This document shows, piece after piece, positions 10,173-22,629 of a DNA stretch of 64,000 nucleotides. A model generated the notes under the pieces. It ran no database searches. It saw only the letters and a list, made by a program, of their open reading frames with translations, and was not told the DNA's origin. Where the stretch lies: NCBI RefSeq assembly GCF_006345805.1, contig NC_043007.1, positions 73,160,001 to 73,224,000 of the forward strand, read 5' to 3'. The DNA comes from Octopus sinensis (lineage: Eukaryota). A program made the translations under genes and the position numbers. The number at the start of each line of letters is the position of its first letter. Positions within the stretch are counted from its first letter, which is position 1.

Positions 10173-13100
10173 TGGGAAATAATAAAAAAAGCTCAGCCTT
10201 ATAGAAATAGCAGATATAGGTGTGAGCTTTGCTCTATGGAAACATATGAAATTTTTAAGCATAAGGATAATGGCAACCTGATTAATAATCGATTAGACCT
10301 TTGGGTATCATGCGTACATAGTGTCACCCGTACCTTCAAATATTTTAGAAAGTAGCACTTTATTGATCTTGGGTTTTAAAACCTATAATGTACCTCTTAA
10401 TTTAAAAGCAGTGCATAGGTAGCATGCCCTATAGCATTAATTCTCCTTTAGTTAATACTTGGCATCAGTGATTATAGACACAAGCTAATTAAGTAAATAA
10501 ACAATTTTTAGTTTTAAATACTTGAATTATTAAATATTTTGTATAAATCTTCTCTATTAAAGTTACTAAGTTGGTATATATACTTCATCATGATTTATAT
10601 CCTTTTTTATGGTGTTTCTACCCTACCCAATCATTTTAATACTTCATAATTGCCTTTAGACAAACCTAAATTTTTGTACCCCTAATAAATCCATACTTAG
10701 CTTATAAAAAACAATATAGGTATCTTCACAACTTAAAATTAAATTGTCTAAATTATAATTTAATTAATTTATAGTAAATTTGTTCTTTCACCTCAATGAT
10801 AAATCTTCCTGATAACCCTAAATTTTAACTTTATACAATAATGACATATTGTTTAAGATAGTTTTAGTAACTAAGTTTTTTTTATCCCTTTCTTAAAGTG
10901 TTCTGTCCTCTTAATTTTGGTATTTATATTGGCTTTATGCAAACAGCCCTTCTAATTAAGTACCCCTAAGAAACTATTATATCATTTATGGATTAACACA
11001 AATAACTTTTAAAATCTATATTATACTTCTTAATTTAATATTAGTATATATTAGTATGTCCTTTTAACAACAATTATTCTTTTAACTAATACCGGGTTTC
11101 AGTCCTGATTATAATAAGCTAAATAAGTTAAATAACAATTTTTAGCTCATAATACTTAAATTATTATACATTTTCTATAAATACTTGCTATTGAATTTAA
11201 TAAGGTATGGATATTTTATTATGGTTTTTAGTGATTAGGCTGTTTTTATGCTATTTTTATGCTATACTCAAAAGTATTCACAAAGGAAAATACTGTCATT
11301 GGCTGAATATAATAATGGAAGAGGAGATGGAATTGGTAAATTATAAAAAACAGAAAAAGAATTGCGGATTGAATGATGTTATCTTGCTCAGACTTGTCCA
11401 GATGTATCATATAATATCTGTAAGAAACATCCTAAAGTGAAAATCCCTGTTTGAAGCTAGTAAAGTATTATTAATGCTTGAGTCCAAGGAAAGTTCCAGA
11501 TCATTTTCTAAGTAGGAAAAACCTTCTGATTTGAACATTATATATTACTCCAATTTTGCTTATAATAGGGAGATTTTTATCATCTTTATCAGAAGTAATA
11601 CGAACAAATGGCTTCAATGCAGTGTTCATCCAAAACACTGGGCCATGCAATGCAAAGTCTATAAGCTTCAGAACCTTTCTGTCAGTGAATCAGCTGATAT
11701 TGGTGTCTTAGAAGCTGCTCTGATACAGCAGATGTTTCGACTACCCAGATTACTAAACTTGTAGAAACTTCAAATTCATTGAACTTTGATCTTGATCTTC
11801 AATTGAAATCTTATACATAAATGGCAATTTCAATCTCTCAATCTGTCTGTTACCATCTTGCTGCCTATACCAGTGAACCAATCTTGATGAAACTTTGCAA
11901 ACATGTTAAACTAACATCCAGTTCAATTATATGCAAATTGGATTTCAATAAAAATCTATAATGGGCTCCCTAGTGGGGTTGGGCTATTATTTGATAAAAT
12001 GAGAAGGGTGCAAATAGTGTTAGTGTGAGAGAAATAAGGCGGCATAGTGAGTGTGGCTGATATCAGGGAACAGCATTGTGTAAGCGACAAATGTAGAGTG
12101 GCAGTGGGATGGTAACGTTAATACAGCTATCATTAATGGTAACGTTAATACAGCTATCACAACCTGGAATAAAACAACAAACTTTCTTCACTTCTTTTCT
12201 TGGCCTGTGATAGAATTCCAATATCTGAAACAATTCCAGCATTTCAAACATCCACATCACTCATAACACATATCCAACACGAGTTTTCTCCTAAAGACCC
12301 CTTTTGTCCATTCTTACCCTGGTTTATCAAGCTGTATTAGGTTTCATAAGTGTGAGCTGGTTTAACAAAAATGATACTCCCTCTCAACTGCTGCCATTTA
12401 TCACTTATTCATCAGAAATAACTAAATGATTGCATCCTTTAAACCAGAAATATAGTATTTAATTCAATCCTAATCAGAAATTTTCGGAAAATGCTCTGTT
12501 TCTAAGCACCACTTCTTTTCTGCAGCCTTTGTGTGAACGTTTCTAAATCCATCTTGTAAAAATACTCAGGATGGCAATAATATATTTTCAAGAAAAACAT
12601 AAAAGCATCATGTTACAGATCTTAGTTTGGTGGAATTCACTAATTGTAATGTTAACGTTATTGGGGAACCTTAAAATTTTTAATTAATTAGGAAAAAAAA
12701 ATTATTAACGAACTTGTAGACATTATAAAACACTAGAGCCATGTTTGGGTTTAGCAATGATGTATATTAAAAGCCTTAAGTTGAAATATTTTTACTTATT
12801 TTAGCTGTATGTCACTATTTTCATTTAGGAGTGTTTCATGCATCTGCTGACTATCTATCAAAAATGTTTGAATTTTTTTATATTGGGAACACACAAATAG
12901 TTTTCTTTCTCTCAATATTAAGACAGGGAGCCTAGGTCAATTAATGGCAGAGAAAACCTTTTCTCTTTTTGTTAAACTTAAAATGACTAATTTTATGAAG
13001 CAAGACAAAAAATGGAATAATCATGTGCAAGGAATTCAATGTATATCTCTTAAAACTTATCTGAAGATTATTACAAAAAATATGCACTATTAAGAAAGTT

Positions 13101-13439
13101 AAAAGGAAATAAAGTTAGTGGAGGGAGTTGTTTTGTATGTAAAGATGTGTAGCATTGCCCAGTTTGCCAGAGATGTGGTAAGTGACTTTTTTAAAATTAA
13201 AATTAAATTCCTTAATTTACAGGTTTTAGCGTTTGAAATGAAGCGTTTGTTGTCATCAGATTTTGAAAAACTGTTAGGTTTTACTTTGGGTCTACAATGA
13301 TCGAATCTTCTGCCTTAGAAGAGAATAGAAAAGTGATACTTAATGACCAAAATCATGGAACATTTAAAAGAATGAATACATAGCTGAAAAGCAGTTTGTT
13401 GTCATCCATAGATTAAGTTTGCAAAGAGGCAATTTGCCC

Positions 13440-13605
13440 CTTAACCCAAATAATGGTTTCAAATTTTTGCACAAGGCCAGTACTTTCAGAGGAGGGGTAA
13501 GTTGATTACATTGACCCCAGTGTTCAGCTGGTACCTATTTTATCGACCCTGAAAAGACAGATGAAATGCCTGGCATGCTAACAATTCTGCCAGCTCACCG
13601 CCTTC
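13440..13605 (-). mobile_element. Internally deleted tRNA-derived SINE
   Basis: Ends ...CAATTCTGCCAGCTCACCGCCTT (reverse complement of SINE head); CTGGTACCTATTTTATCGACCC core. Confidence 0.8.
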
Positions 13606-13959
13606 ACTCAACCCAAATGTTAAAGAAAATTTTGCACCTCCTCCATTTTATTAAAGAAAAGATAATAACATTTGTACATATGCAACTTTTCTTTGCTCAC
13701 TATTGTATTGGGCAAGTTTAAAACTTTCTAAAGAAGGATTCCACCTTGCCTGTCTTTGTTGCTGGTGAAAATATCGAAATTTTATTATTATTATTTTTAA
13801 AAAAATTTTTCCACAGATTGCGGAATTTGATGTGAAATATGACAAATTAGAAAGAAAAAAATTAAATTAGAAAAACGGATGAAACAGAGAACACAATTGA
13901 AAAAATTACAAAACAGTAAACACAAAAAAAAAAAAAAACGAGAAGAAAAACAAAGACAA

Positions 13960-16900
13960 TTCACCACCTTAGGTTGAAAATTTGGGGAAACTGGGAAACT
14001 TTGTTAATGACTATTGAGGTACACCAGCACACTTGCAGTGTTGCCATGGGTGATGGCGAGACTGATGCACTAGAACAACCAAGTGCCCTCATGAGTTTCA
14101 CCAGTTACCTCAGCTAGGTGAGCTGCCAGTGAAGACAGGAATCTTACAGTCAGTGGTCTGACCCCACCAAACATCTTGAATGCTACAGGATGGAAAATGT
14201 AGTTGGCCGACAGATTGCAGTACTTTAGAATTTTGTTCCGCTTGGTCACTGAAGCTGTGAATCTCGCCTTGACTGCAGCATCCAGGATGTGAGAAGAAGC
14301 AAAGGAGTCACTAACTGTGATGTCCCAGACAAGGCATCTGCCTCTTGACTAGGGGCACATGGTGAAGCTGTTAGGTCTTTTCCCACCACATCTGGACAAC
14401 CCAGATGGTTCCAAGATGGAGGGGATGTTTGCCTGGGCCAAGCTCCTCTTGAGCATAAGGTTTAACTCTGTATTACACATGATGTGACCAGCATTCAGGT
14501 GGCAAGAAAAACCCTGGAGGCTCGTGGAGTCGAGGAGCCTGCCACAACAACAGCTCAAACCCATGCATATGTCAGCTCCCACTCTGAGGGCAATGGAGAC
14601 ACGAAGTTCGTTCAAGCTGGGTAGGCCACCAACATTAGCAACAAGGATGGCATCAATCCAGTCACCTGAGTATTTGGCACTAGCAGACAGTAAGCGGCAC
14701 CTTGAAAACTGGTCCGACTGGATGAAGAAGGAGTTGAAAGTGGCCTTCGGAATTATGTTGTCCCAAGCTCTCTGACTCAGACAGCCCTCCACCTTCTCAG
14801 GAGCAGACAAGCCCAATTCACTCCAGTGTTGGAGAGCTTCATCCAACTCCCTGTTGGAACTGGTCCATGTTGGAGAGGAGAGGATGTTGCTCACCAGGGT
14901 GGAGCAGGCGTGAATGGAGGAAAGGAAGCAGGGAAGAGAGAGGGACAAACAATTACAAAGACCAAGACCCGCAACTTGCTTGGACAATGCAGACTGATCG
15001 TCTGATGTTGGAGAGAGTCTGACATTGACCAGGCATTGGAGTCTCTTGAAGATTTGATTGTCAAAGAGTCAGAGACAATATAGGAATCGGTGAGAGGAAC
15101 TGACTCTGAGCAAATATAGAAGCTTAGAGATCGAAAGGTAATTTCTAAGTATGAAGAAACCTTGATGGGGTTCGATTGCTTCAATATTCTTCAGCAACTG
15201 CTCAAGGGCAGCCACCTTTGACTGGAAGATGGACTCAAAGGCAAGGTCAGTAATTGGGGCTCCAAAGGAGCACCAAGCCGATGAGGGAAGGACTACAATG
15301 GAAGGGAAGGATGCTGCAAATAGGTCTATTGTTTGTTGATGTTGAGAAGCTAGGTGGCTGAAGATCCAGAGCTCGCATTTGAAGCTGTTTACTTGGAGAC
15401 CCTGATGACCAAGCTCCCCAACCATCATGTCTGCAATGGCGAGAACCCTGTCTGGAGGTCCTACCAAACAAGCGTCATTGAGATACCGGTCTAGCTTGAC
15501 CCCCATCTTAGTGATGTCATCAATGCCCAGTGCAAACAGAGTAGCCCCAAGTGGGTCACCCTGTCAGACTCCTAAGGCAGAGGTGATGATTTGGTCACCA
15601 AAAGAGAGGTAGGAGGGCTCTTGATAAGCCTGCCATGCAGAGCGGTAGAGTTGTGGGAACCTTTCTCTTGCTGAGCTGAAGACAGCATCATGGCTGACAG
15701 AGTTGAATGCATAGTTGAGGTTAAGTTTGAGAATGACCTTGAGAGACAAGGAGGGCAAGTTGGCATAGGCTCTGGTAGCATGGGCAGCAGCTTCACATCC
15801 AAATTTGGTGCCCACTCCTAGCTGGGTGGAGGAAAATTCCTCCTCCAATAGGTTAGAGACAGATTGTAAACACACCTTTGCGGTGAGACAGTGAAGGGTG
15901 CAGCCAACTAAAATGAGGTGCAGGTATCCATATGGTTTAGTGATCCTGAATAATTTTGCACTGAAGAACAGTGGGCGGATATAGGGGAGAATGTTCACTG
16001 AAAAGAACTGGATCACAAACTGAGTCAAATTGTCCAAGAGCTCGAGTCCAGCATCACCGGCCAATAAGGAAATATCCTTGAGGTGTTGAAGCTGAAGGCT
16101 GTCAATTCCTGCACCTGAACCAGCAGAATAGGATGAAATCGCCTTTCTAATGTTATCAGAAGTGAAGACCAGTCTCAAGTATTCTGGGGGATCAGGCCAG
16201 TTTAGCTGATTATCTGGGGATGCTGTTGGGTGCTGCTCTTTCAGACATTTAAGAGACTCAGAGTTACACAGAGGGAGGATAGAGAAGAGAGGAGACGGAT
16301 AGCCCCTTTTATGTGAAATTTGCTGAATTTGGTATTGACTGCACACTGATGTTGCCTGTTGGTAGGAACCGTGCTTGATGTTAAATTGAGGTGAGAAGTG
16401 GTCGGGGCAGACTCAAATAACTGGAATTGTTGCTTGAGAGAGGATGTAAGGCAGCCTGATTTCAGATCGTGCATGTGGAGAGAGATGAAAGGGAACAGAA
16501 ACAGTTTCTGTCAGTCGGACGTACTGTTGAATAAACATACGTTTTTCAACAAGCTGAAGAGCGCATGAGCAAAGCTATTCTGGGCTTCATTAAGGATCTG
16601 ATTAATGAGCTTCGATTTGGATAAACCCTGGAAGATTGCAGCAAAGTTCTCAGTAGCGAACTGGTTGCTGCAGTGTGGGGCATCTCCACGGAGAGCATTG
16701 GAGTTGAAGTGGCACTGACTGCAGGTCCTGTATGGAAGCCTTTCGGCTTGAGCCTTGGTGATGCAGACATAACTTCTGTGGTAATTTTGGTGGCATAGAT
16801 GACAATTGTTTATAGGTATTGGCTAGCGCAAGCACAGAGAGCACAGTCAGGTGGTGAGCTAGCATTGGCCAACAGTAGAGGGCCAGCATAAGAACTCAGT

Positions 16901-17125
16901 CGAGGAAGTGAATTAAGAGAGGAGGCAGGGCAAGCAGTATTGGTTGCAATGGTGGACTAGAACGGATGTCAGGTGGTGTGGGGGGAAGGTTAAAAGTTGT
17001 AGGAGTGGTGGGGTTGGCAGGACTAATTCTGCTAGGAACCTTGGTGGAGTGAGGTAGCTTCTCTCGAGCATACCGAAGCTGGTGGAGAATGAGAGGTCAA
17101 AGGTTGATCTAGTGACTAGTAGCAA
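13960..17125 (-). mobile_element. CRE-clade non-LTR retrotransposon (RT + CCHC + restriction-like endonuclease), near full length, frameshifted
   Basis: RT: LGVGTKFGCEAAAHATR, LNLNYAFNSVSH, QGDPLGATLFALG, RYLNDACLVG; C-terminal CCCGRLLD...FSCH and KRPNSFTMCP*SRGRCLVWDITV RLE motif; ORFs 15564..16346, 15069..15506, 14349..14987. Confidence 0.85.
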
Positions 17126-17379
17126 TCCTCATAGCTTCTTCTTGTTTTAAACAATACACAAGTAGCTTGCTATAAATGTTACATTATACAGCATAAACTC
17201 ACTTGAATATACCATTCGCATGTTGAATGGAACTACATAGAAAGAAATTATTGAACTCTACAGAGAGTTTGTACTTCTGAGATGATTGCTAACATTAATT
17301 GTACAACATACCATTTTCAAATTTCCTGGGCATTTGCCACCAGTATTTATTAGCTTTCAGAAAACTGCATTATGCATCT

Positions 17380-17520
17380 ATTAATTACGTAAGTTTAATA
17401 TAGAACTACTTTGATTTGTAAATTAACCTTACGACCAGCGTGACAGATGAGCACTGGTCAAAGCTTCTCTCCATCGTATACCAGAACAATATTTCCTTTA
17501 TCCAAAAATTATCATTGCAA
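17380..17520 (+). mobile_element. Possible hAT transposase C-terminal remnant
   Basis: ...TTSVTDEHWSKLLSIV resembles the RSxLTDEHL motif; short and degenerate. Confidence 0.3.
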
Positions 17521-17802
17521 TTTAAAACCCTTATTACCATAATAATATTTGTTTTGGGAAAGAATTCCTCCCCCCCCCCTATTTTCTTGCAAATTATTGT
17601 TTTTTAAAAATTTTTTTGCCCCAAACCCACCATTTCGGATACGGAGATTCCGGAAAATTGCCAAAAATCTGAATTTGGAAATTTCTTGCACCCCCTTACT
17701 CCACCCCGCCTCCAAATTTTTCAGTTTTCAGTTTTTTCCGTAACCGTAACCCTAAAACCCCAACCTTAAAACACCAGTAAATTTTCATTTACCAAAACAC
17801 CA

Positions 17803-18095
17803 ACCCTAACCCTAACCCTAAACCTCGGCAGAAAAATTTTTTGAAATTTTTTTCAGAATCATAATATCCTTATTTTTCCGCATATTTTGGAAAAAAAAAA
17901 AAAAATTGTGAAAAAAGTTAAAAACGAAGGATTTGAGAAGGGGGTAGGGGTAATTTCAAAATGCCGATTTTTGCTGAATTTTTTTTTAGCAGATTCATAT
18001 TCTCCGTAGCCGAAAACAGGGTTTTGTGTAAAAAAAAAAAAAAAAAAAAAAAGGGGTGTGTTTTTTTGGGGGTACAATTGGAAGTCTTGTCTTGT
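17803..18095 (+). repeat. Dispersed repeat with (CCCTAA)n, direct-repeat partner of 22001-22375
   Basis: Shared AACCCTAACCCTAACCC, CAGAATCATAAT, GCATATTTTG, TCTCYGTAGCYGAAAA, A-run-GGGGTGT, GGAAGTCTTG. Confidence 0.75.
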
Positions 18096-18461
18096 TTTCT
18101 AGCAAAATACTAGAATCCTATCAATATTGTTATCATTTTTTTGTTTGTGAAGCTGTAAAAAATGTTCATGCTTGAAAAAGCGAAACGTTACTTTACACAA
18201 CGTGACTAACACGACAAAGTATAGTAGTGAACTATTAAGAATGTTTCATCAGTAATTGTGAAATGTTTACATTGTATCAGCCCACAATACCGGATATAAT
18301 CTAGTGACGTTGAAAAATTTTTTCAGACTGCTCTAATTTGTTTCCAGTAACTCGTCTCCTTCAACTACAACAATAATAATATACTATCACAATTAACAAT
18401 TCCCACTAGATGTATGAAAAACTTTACAATATACTCCTTTTTAATTAGAAATTAGCCGAAG

Positions 18462-18548
18462 ATGGTCTTTATCATTGTTTACATCATATTGCTTAACTTT
18501 GGGCAGACTAAAGCTGATTGTTTACTTCCGTGTCCCAAAAATCACAAT
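18462..18548 (+). CDS. IL17R: IL-17 receptor-like, exon 1 (signal peptide)
   Basis: ATG at 18462, MVFIIVYIILLNFGQTKADCLLPCPKNHN, donor GTAAGT at 18549 (phase 0); phase matches exon 2. Confidence 0.7.
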
Positions 18549-19919
18549 GTAAGTACTTTAACTCTTTTAATCCATTATTACAATCCTATTCTTTATAATT
18601 AAACTACTTTAATAATTAAATTGATCAACTAGTTAAATTATTAGGTGTTATAACAAACATGTTTAATAGAAAGTCATTGTTTGTGATGTCCACTTTGTGC
18701 ACAGTTATTGTGGAACAATATCATTTCAAAATCGAATCTAATCGTTTCTTCTCATAATTACTGTTTATGAAGTCTTTTACGAACAAGGAAAATACGCAAG
18801 CCGTTTTCTTTCTTAGGTTGTTAATTACTAGAAAGTTAAAATAAGAAAGGTTTGAAGTAATGGCGTAAGCAGTCAACAGGTTTCATATTCAGTTACAATG
18901 ATCATTTTAAGCAGCTTTCCGAGTAGTGTGCGTGTGTTTCAGTGTGAATGAGTTTATGGCGAAAATAAAGCGCTTGTCACCACCCATTACCGACTTTTTT
19001 TTCTCTCAAAATTTCTTCGGATTTGTATGTTTTCAATATAGGAAAATACGATTTTGCCCCCAAATCACGTTTTCAAAATTTTAATTTCTCAGCTCCCCAC
19101 TCCAATTTAGTAATTTTGAACTTTTTTTTTTCAAATTATTTTTTTTATCCATCTAGAAAAAATACAGAGATTACGAATCTGGAAATGTTTTTTTTTTTTT
19201 AGTGGAGGTAAAGAATACCACACCACCCGTTTTCGGCGTAACCCTAAACCCTTAAATACCAGGTGTGCTTATTCTTTAACTTCGCCTTTTTTATAAAAAC
19301 TTTTAATCTTTCTTAAAAAGAAACACTCAATGACCCTTCCTCCATCCATCACCTCTCCGAATGTTTCACGCGTGCGTAGAATTCTACGCTAAAAGTGAAA
19401 CATTCGGAGTTTTTATCTTTGTAAAAGTGGAGAGGTGGAAGGAAAAAAATTTGGGTAGCGCAAATGTTCTCTCCGCAATGTTACATGCTAGAAACAACAG
19501 CTAAACGACACGATTTCTGAAAAAAAACTTCCTTTCAAGTTTATATCGGAGATCAGGTTTTTAAATACGCTCATCACAAACACGAATCACAAAATAAAAA
19601 AAAAAGTTTCATTATACTACTTTCAGCAAGAAGTAGTATAATTCAAGGTATTCTCATAATTCGTACTGAAGTTTTTACCTAGTGTGTGTGTGTGTGTGTG
19701 CAAAAAAAGTTATTTTTAGTTACCTTTCTTAACTTCAAAATAAGAAAAACTTGAACAATACTTCCAAAATTGTACTTCAGCCATGATTGTTAAGCTCCCC
19801 CCCCCCCAAGAAGTAACTCTGTGTGGGTATTTGTAGGGGTGACAGGGCAAGAGAAACATATATGAAAAAGCACACATAAATATGGTATTAAAATAAGTTA
19901 TCTTTACAGACCATGTTGC

Positions 19920-20308
19920 GACATGGCAGAAACGTTAGCACGCTGGGCGAAATGCCTAGCGCTATTTCGTCTGTCTTTGTGTTCTGAGTTCAAATTTCAT
20001 CCTTTCGGGGTCGATAATTGAAGTACCAGTTATGCGCTGAAATCGATGTAATCGACTTAATCCGTTGTCTGTCCTTGTTTGTCCCCTCGGTGTTTAGCCC
20101 CTTGTGGGTAGTAAAGAAATAAGTATTTCGTCTGTCGTTACGTTCTGAGTTCAAATTCCGAAGAGGTCGGCTTTGCCTTTCATCCTTTCAGGGTCGATAA
20201 ATTAATTACCAGTTAGGTACTGGGGTCGATGTAATTCACTTAATCCCTTTGTCTGTCTTTGTTTGTCCCCCTCTATGTTTAGCCCCTTGTGGGCAATAAA
20301 GAAATAAG
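19920..20308 (+). mobile_element. tRNA-derived SINE with head plus two tandem bodies
   Basis: GGCAGAAACGTTAGCACGCTGGGCGAAATG head; internal junction AAAGAAATAAGTATTTCGTCTG as in the 1-1545 array. Confidence 0.85.
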
Positions 20309-20646
20309 TGTGTATAAAATGAAATTAAATCCAGGATTCGTCACAAATCGATCAAGTTAGTGAAGTTTTAACATTTTGTGACAACATAGTGTCTCCATAC
20401 ATTCTAATAAAAATGTGAAAGAAAGAGATAATGTCACTCTCTCTTTGGAAGAGAAATTAGTTTTTGACATTTGCACCCCACCCCCACTTTTTTTCCCCCT
20501 AAAAATTTCTTCAAATTCCTGTTTTCAATATCGGAGATTAGGATTTGTCCCCCCACCCCACAAACACGTTCTCCCATTTTGACTGCTTCTGGTTTTTTCT
20601 GCTTTTCTATCAATACCAAAATTAATTTCTCTTTCTAAGAGAGAAT

Positions 20647-21058
20647 GGCGCAGGAGTGGCTGTGTGGTAAGTAGCTTGCTAACCAACCACATGGCTCCGG
20701 GTTCAGTCCCACTGTGTGGCATCTTGGGCAAGTGTCTTCTGCTATAGCCCCGGGCCGACCAATGCCTTGTGAGTGGATTTGGTAGACGGAAACTGAAAGA
20801 AGCCTGTCGTATATATGTATATATATATATGTGTGTGTGTATGTGTGTGTGTTTGTGTGTTTGTCCCCCTAGCATTGCTTGACAACCGATGCTGGTGTGT
20901 TTACGTCCCCGTCACTTAGCGGTTCGGCAAAAGAGACCGATAGAATAAGTACTGGGCTTACAAAGAATAAGTCCCGGGGTCGATTTGCTCGACTAAAGGC
21001 GGTGCTCCAGCATGGCCACAGTCAAATGACTGAAACAAGTAAAAGATAAAAGATAAAG
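20647..21058 (+). mobile_element. Full-length CORE-type SINE
   Basis: GGCGCAGGAGTGGCTGTGTGG head, TCTTGGGCAAGTGTCTT CORE-like box, internal (TA)/(TG)n, (GATAAA)n tail. Confidence 0.9.
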
Positions 21059-22000
21059 ATCTCTTTCTTTAACTGTTTCATTTGAATGTATGGAGACACT
21101 AAGTTGTCACAAAAATGTTAAAACTTTACCTGTGACTAAACCTGGATTTAATTTCATTTTATACATACTATGCTATCAATTATATTGATAATTGAAAACG
21201 TGGTCTGTAAAGATGACTTATTTTAATACAATATTTATGTGTACATATTTTGAAAGTATTGTTCAAGTTTTTCCTATTTTGGAATTAAGAAAGGTATGTA
21301 AAAATAACTTCTTTTGCGCACACACACACACACACACACTCTAGGTAAAACTTCAGTACGAATTATGTTATTTCTTGCTGTGTGCACATGCAAAATTACA
21401 GTTCTGATTTTTTGGCGGGGTTTTGATCGAAACACATACTCAAACTCCTCATAACTTCCATAATTTTAAGAATTTTCACAAAATTTTTTCGATTTTGTCA
21501 TCTGCATAATGGAATTAATATGATTATCCAATAAAAAAAAAATTATTTTTAAATATTTCCCCACTACCCAGTTAATTCAAAAACTTTCCACTGCTTTTCG
21601 ATTTTTTTTTTCATTCTTGGTTTTTACAATGGAATTAATACAATTATCCAATAAAAAAAAATTCCAACACTTTCCAGTATCGAGTTTTGCATGTTTGTGT
21701 AAGAGAAAAACATTTACTAACATAATTTTTGGTTAATGTTAACATTATTACTCGGAAATGAAATTGAAAAAAAAAAATAGTGCAACGGGTGTCAAAAAAA
21801 GTATAGGAAACGAATATGAAAACAAAAATGCCCGGAAAGCAATGGGAGGTGGAGAGAGGCCTTCAGTAAATTCACGAGATCCGATGTTTTCCCTCATAAC
21901 TTTTAGAAAAATGGATTTCTTTAAAGACTTCCTCCTGCCACCCCATTTTCTCACAACTTATTGTTTTTTGGTGCACTTCTTTCCATAACCCGAACCCAAA

Positions 22001-22375
22001 ACCCTAACCCTAACCCTCTAACCTTAAAATCCTAACCCTAAGTAGTAAAATTTTTGGAAATTTGTTTCAGAATCATAATCTGTTTTTTTCTGCATATTTT
22101 GACAAAAAAAAAATTTCTGATAAAAAATTTTACAAAAATTAAAAATATTTTTTTCAGAAGCATATCATAATCTCCGTATTTTTTTGCATATTTTGAAAAA
22201 AAATTTGTGAAAAAAGTTTAAAATGAAGAGATTGGGGGTGGGGGGTAAGTTGAGAAAGCCAATTTTTTGCAGATTTGTATTCTCTGTAGCTGAAAACGGG
22301 GGTTTCTGTAAAAAAAAAAAAAAAAAAAAAAAGGGGTGTTTTTTGGTGGGTACAACAGGAAGTCTTGCCTTTTTT
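22001..22375 (+). repeat. Dispersed repeat with (CCCTAA)n, direct-repeat partner of 17803-18095
   Basis: See partner; 21850-21920 and 22445-22520 are also locally duplicated. Confidence 0.75.
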
Positions 22376-22629
22376 TTAGTGAAATTTTATATAAATACCT
22401 TTCAAACAGTGTGGATTACGAAATTTGTGAGTGAAATCTTTTCTGAGGGGGTGGGGAGAGGACTTCGAAAAATTCACGAGATCCGCTGTTTTTCCCTCGT
22501 AACTTTGAGAAAAATGGATATTTTTCTACTTCACACCCACATAGGAAACAAATCTGAAAGCAAAGGTGCGCAGAAAGGCAGGTGATAAAATCCTGGTGAT
22601 AAAATCCTAGAGTGTGTTAAGTAAAAAAG

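Larger units (their letters stand above)
19624..21385. repeat. Foldback element: ~320-bp inverted arms (19624-20430 / 21058-21385) interrupted by SINEs
   Basis: Reverse complement of 21196-21366 matches 19655-19915 and of 21058-21170 matches 20308-20430. Confidence 0.85.

Noticed and set aside
10620-10680. Ankyrin-like GNYEVLKWL on minus strand
   Set aside because: Single short motif requiring stop read-through; no repeat periodicity
10170-11200. Nuclear mitochondrial insertion (12S/16S-like)
   Set aside because: Only scattered 8-12-nt resemblances, no conserved rRNA helices, and an internal ~630-bp duplication not expected of mtDNA
17803-17822. True telomere or telomeric target of the CRE element
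   Set aside because: Only 3-4 units embedded in a dispersed repeat, ~700 bp from the CRE end, no junction
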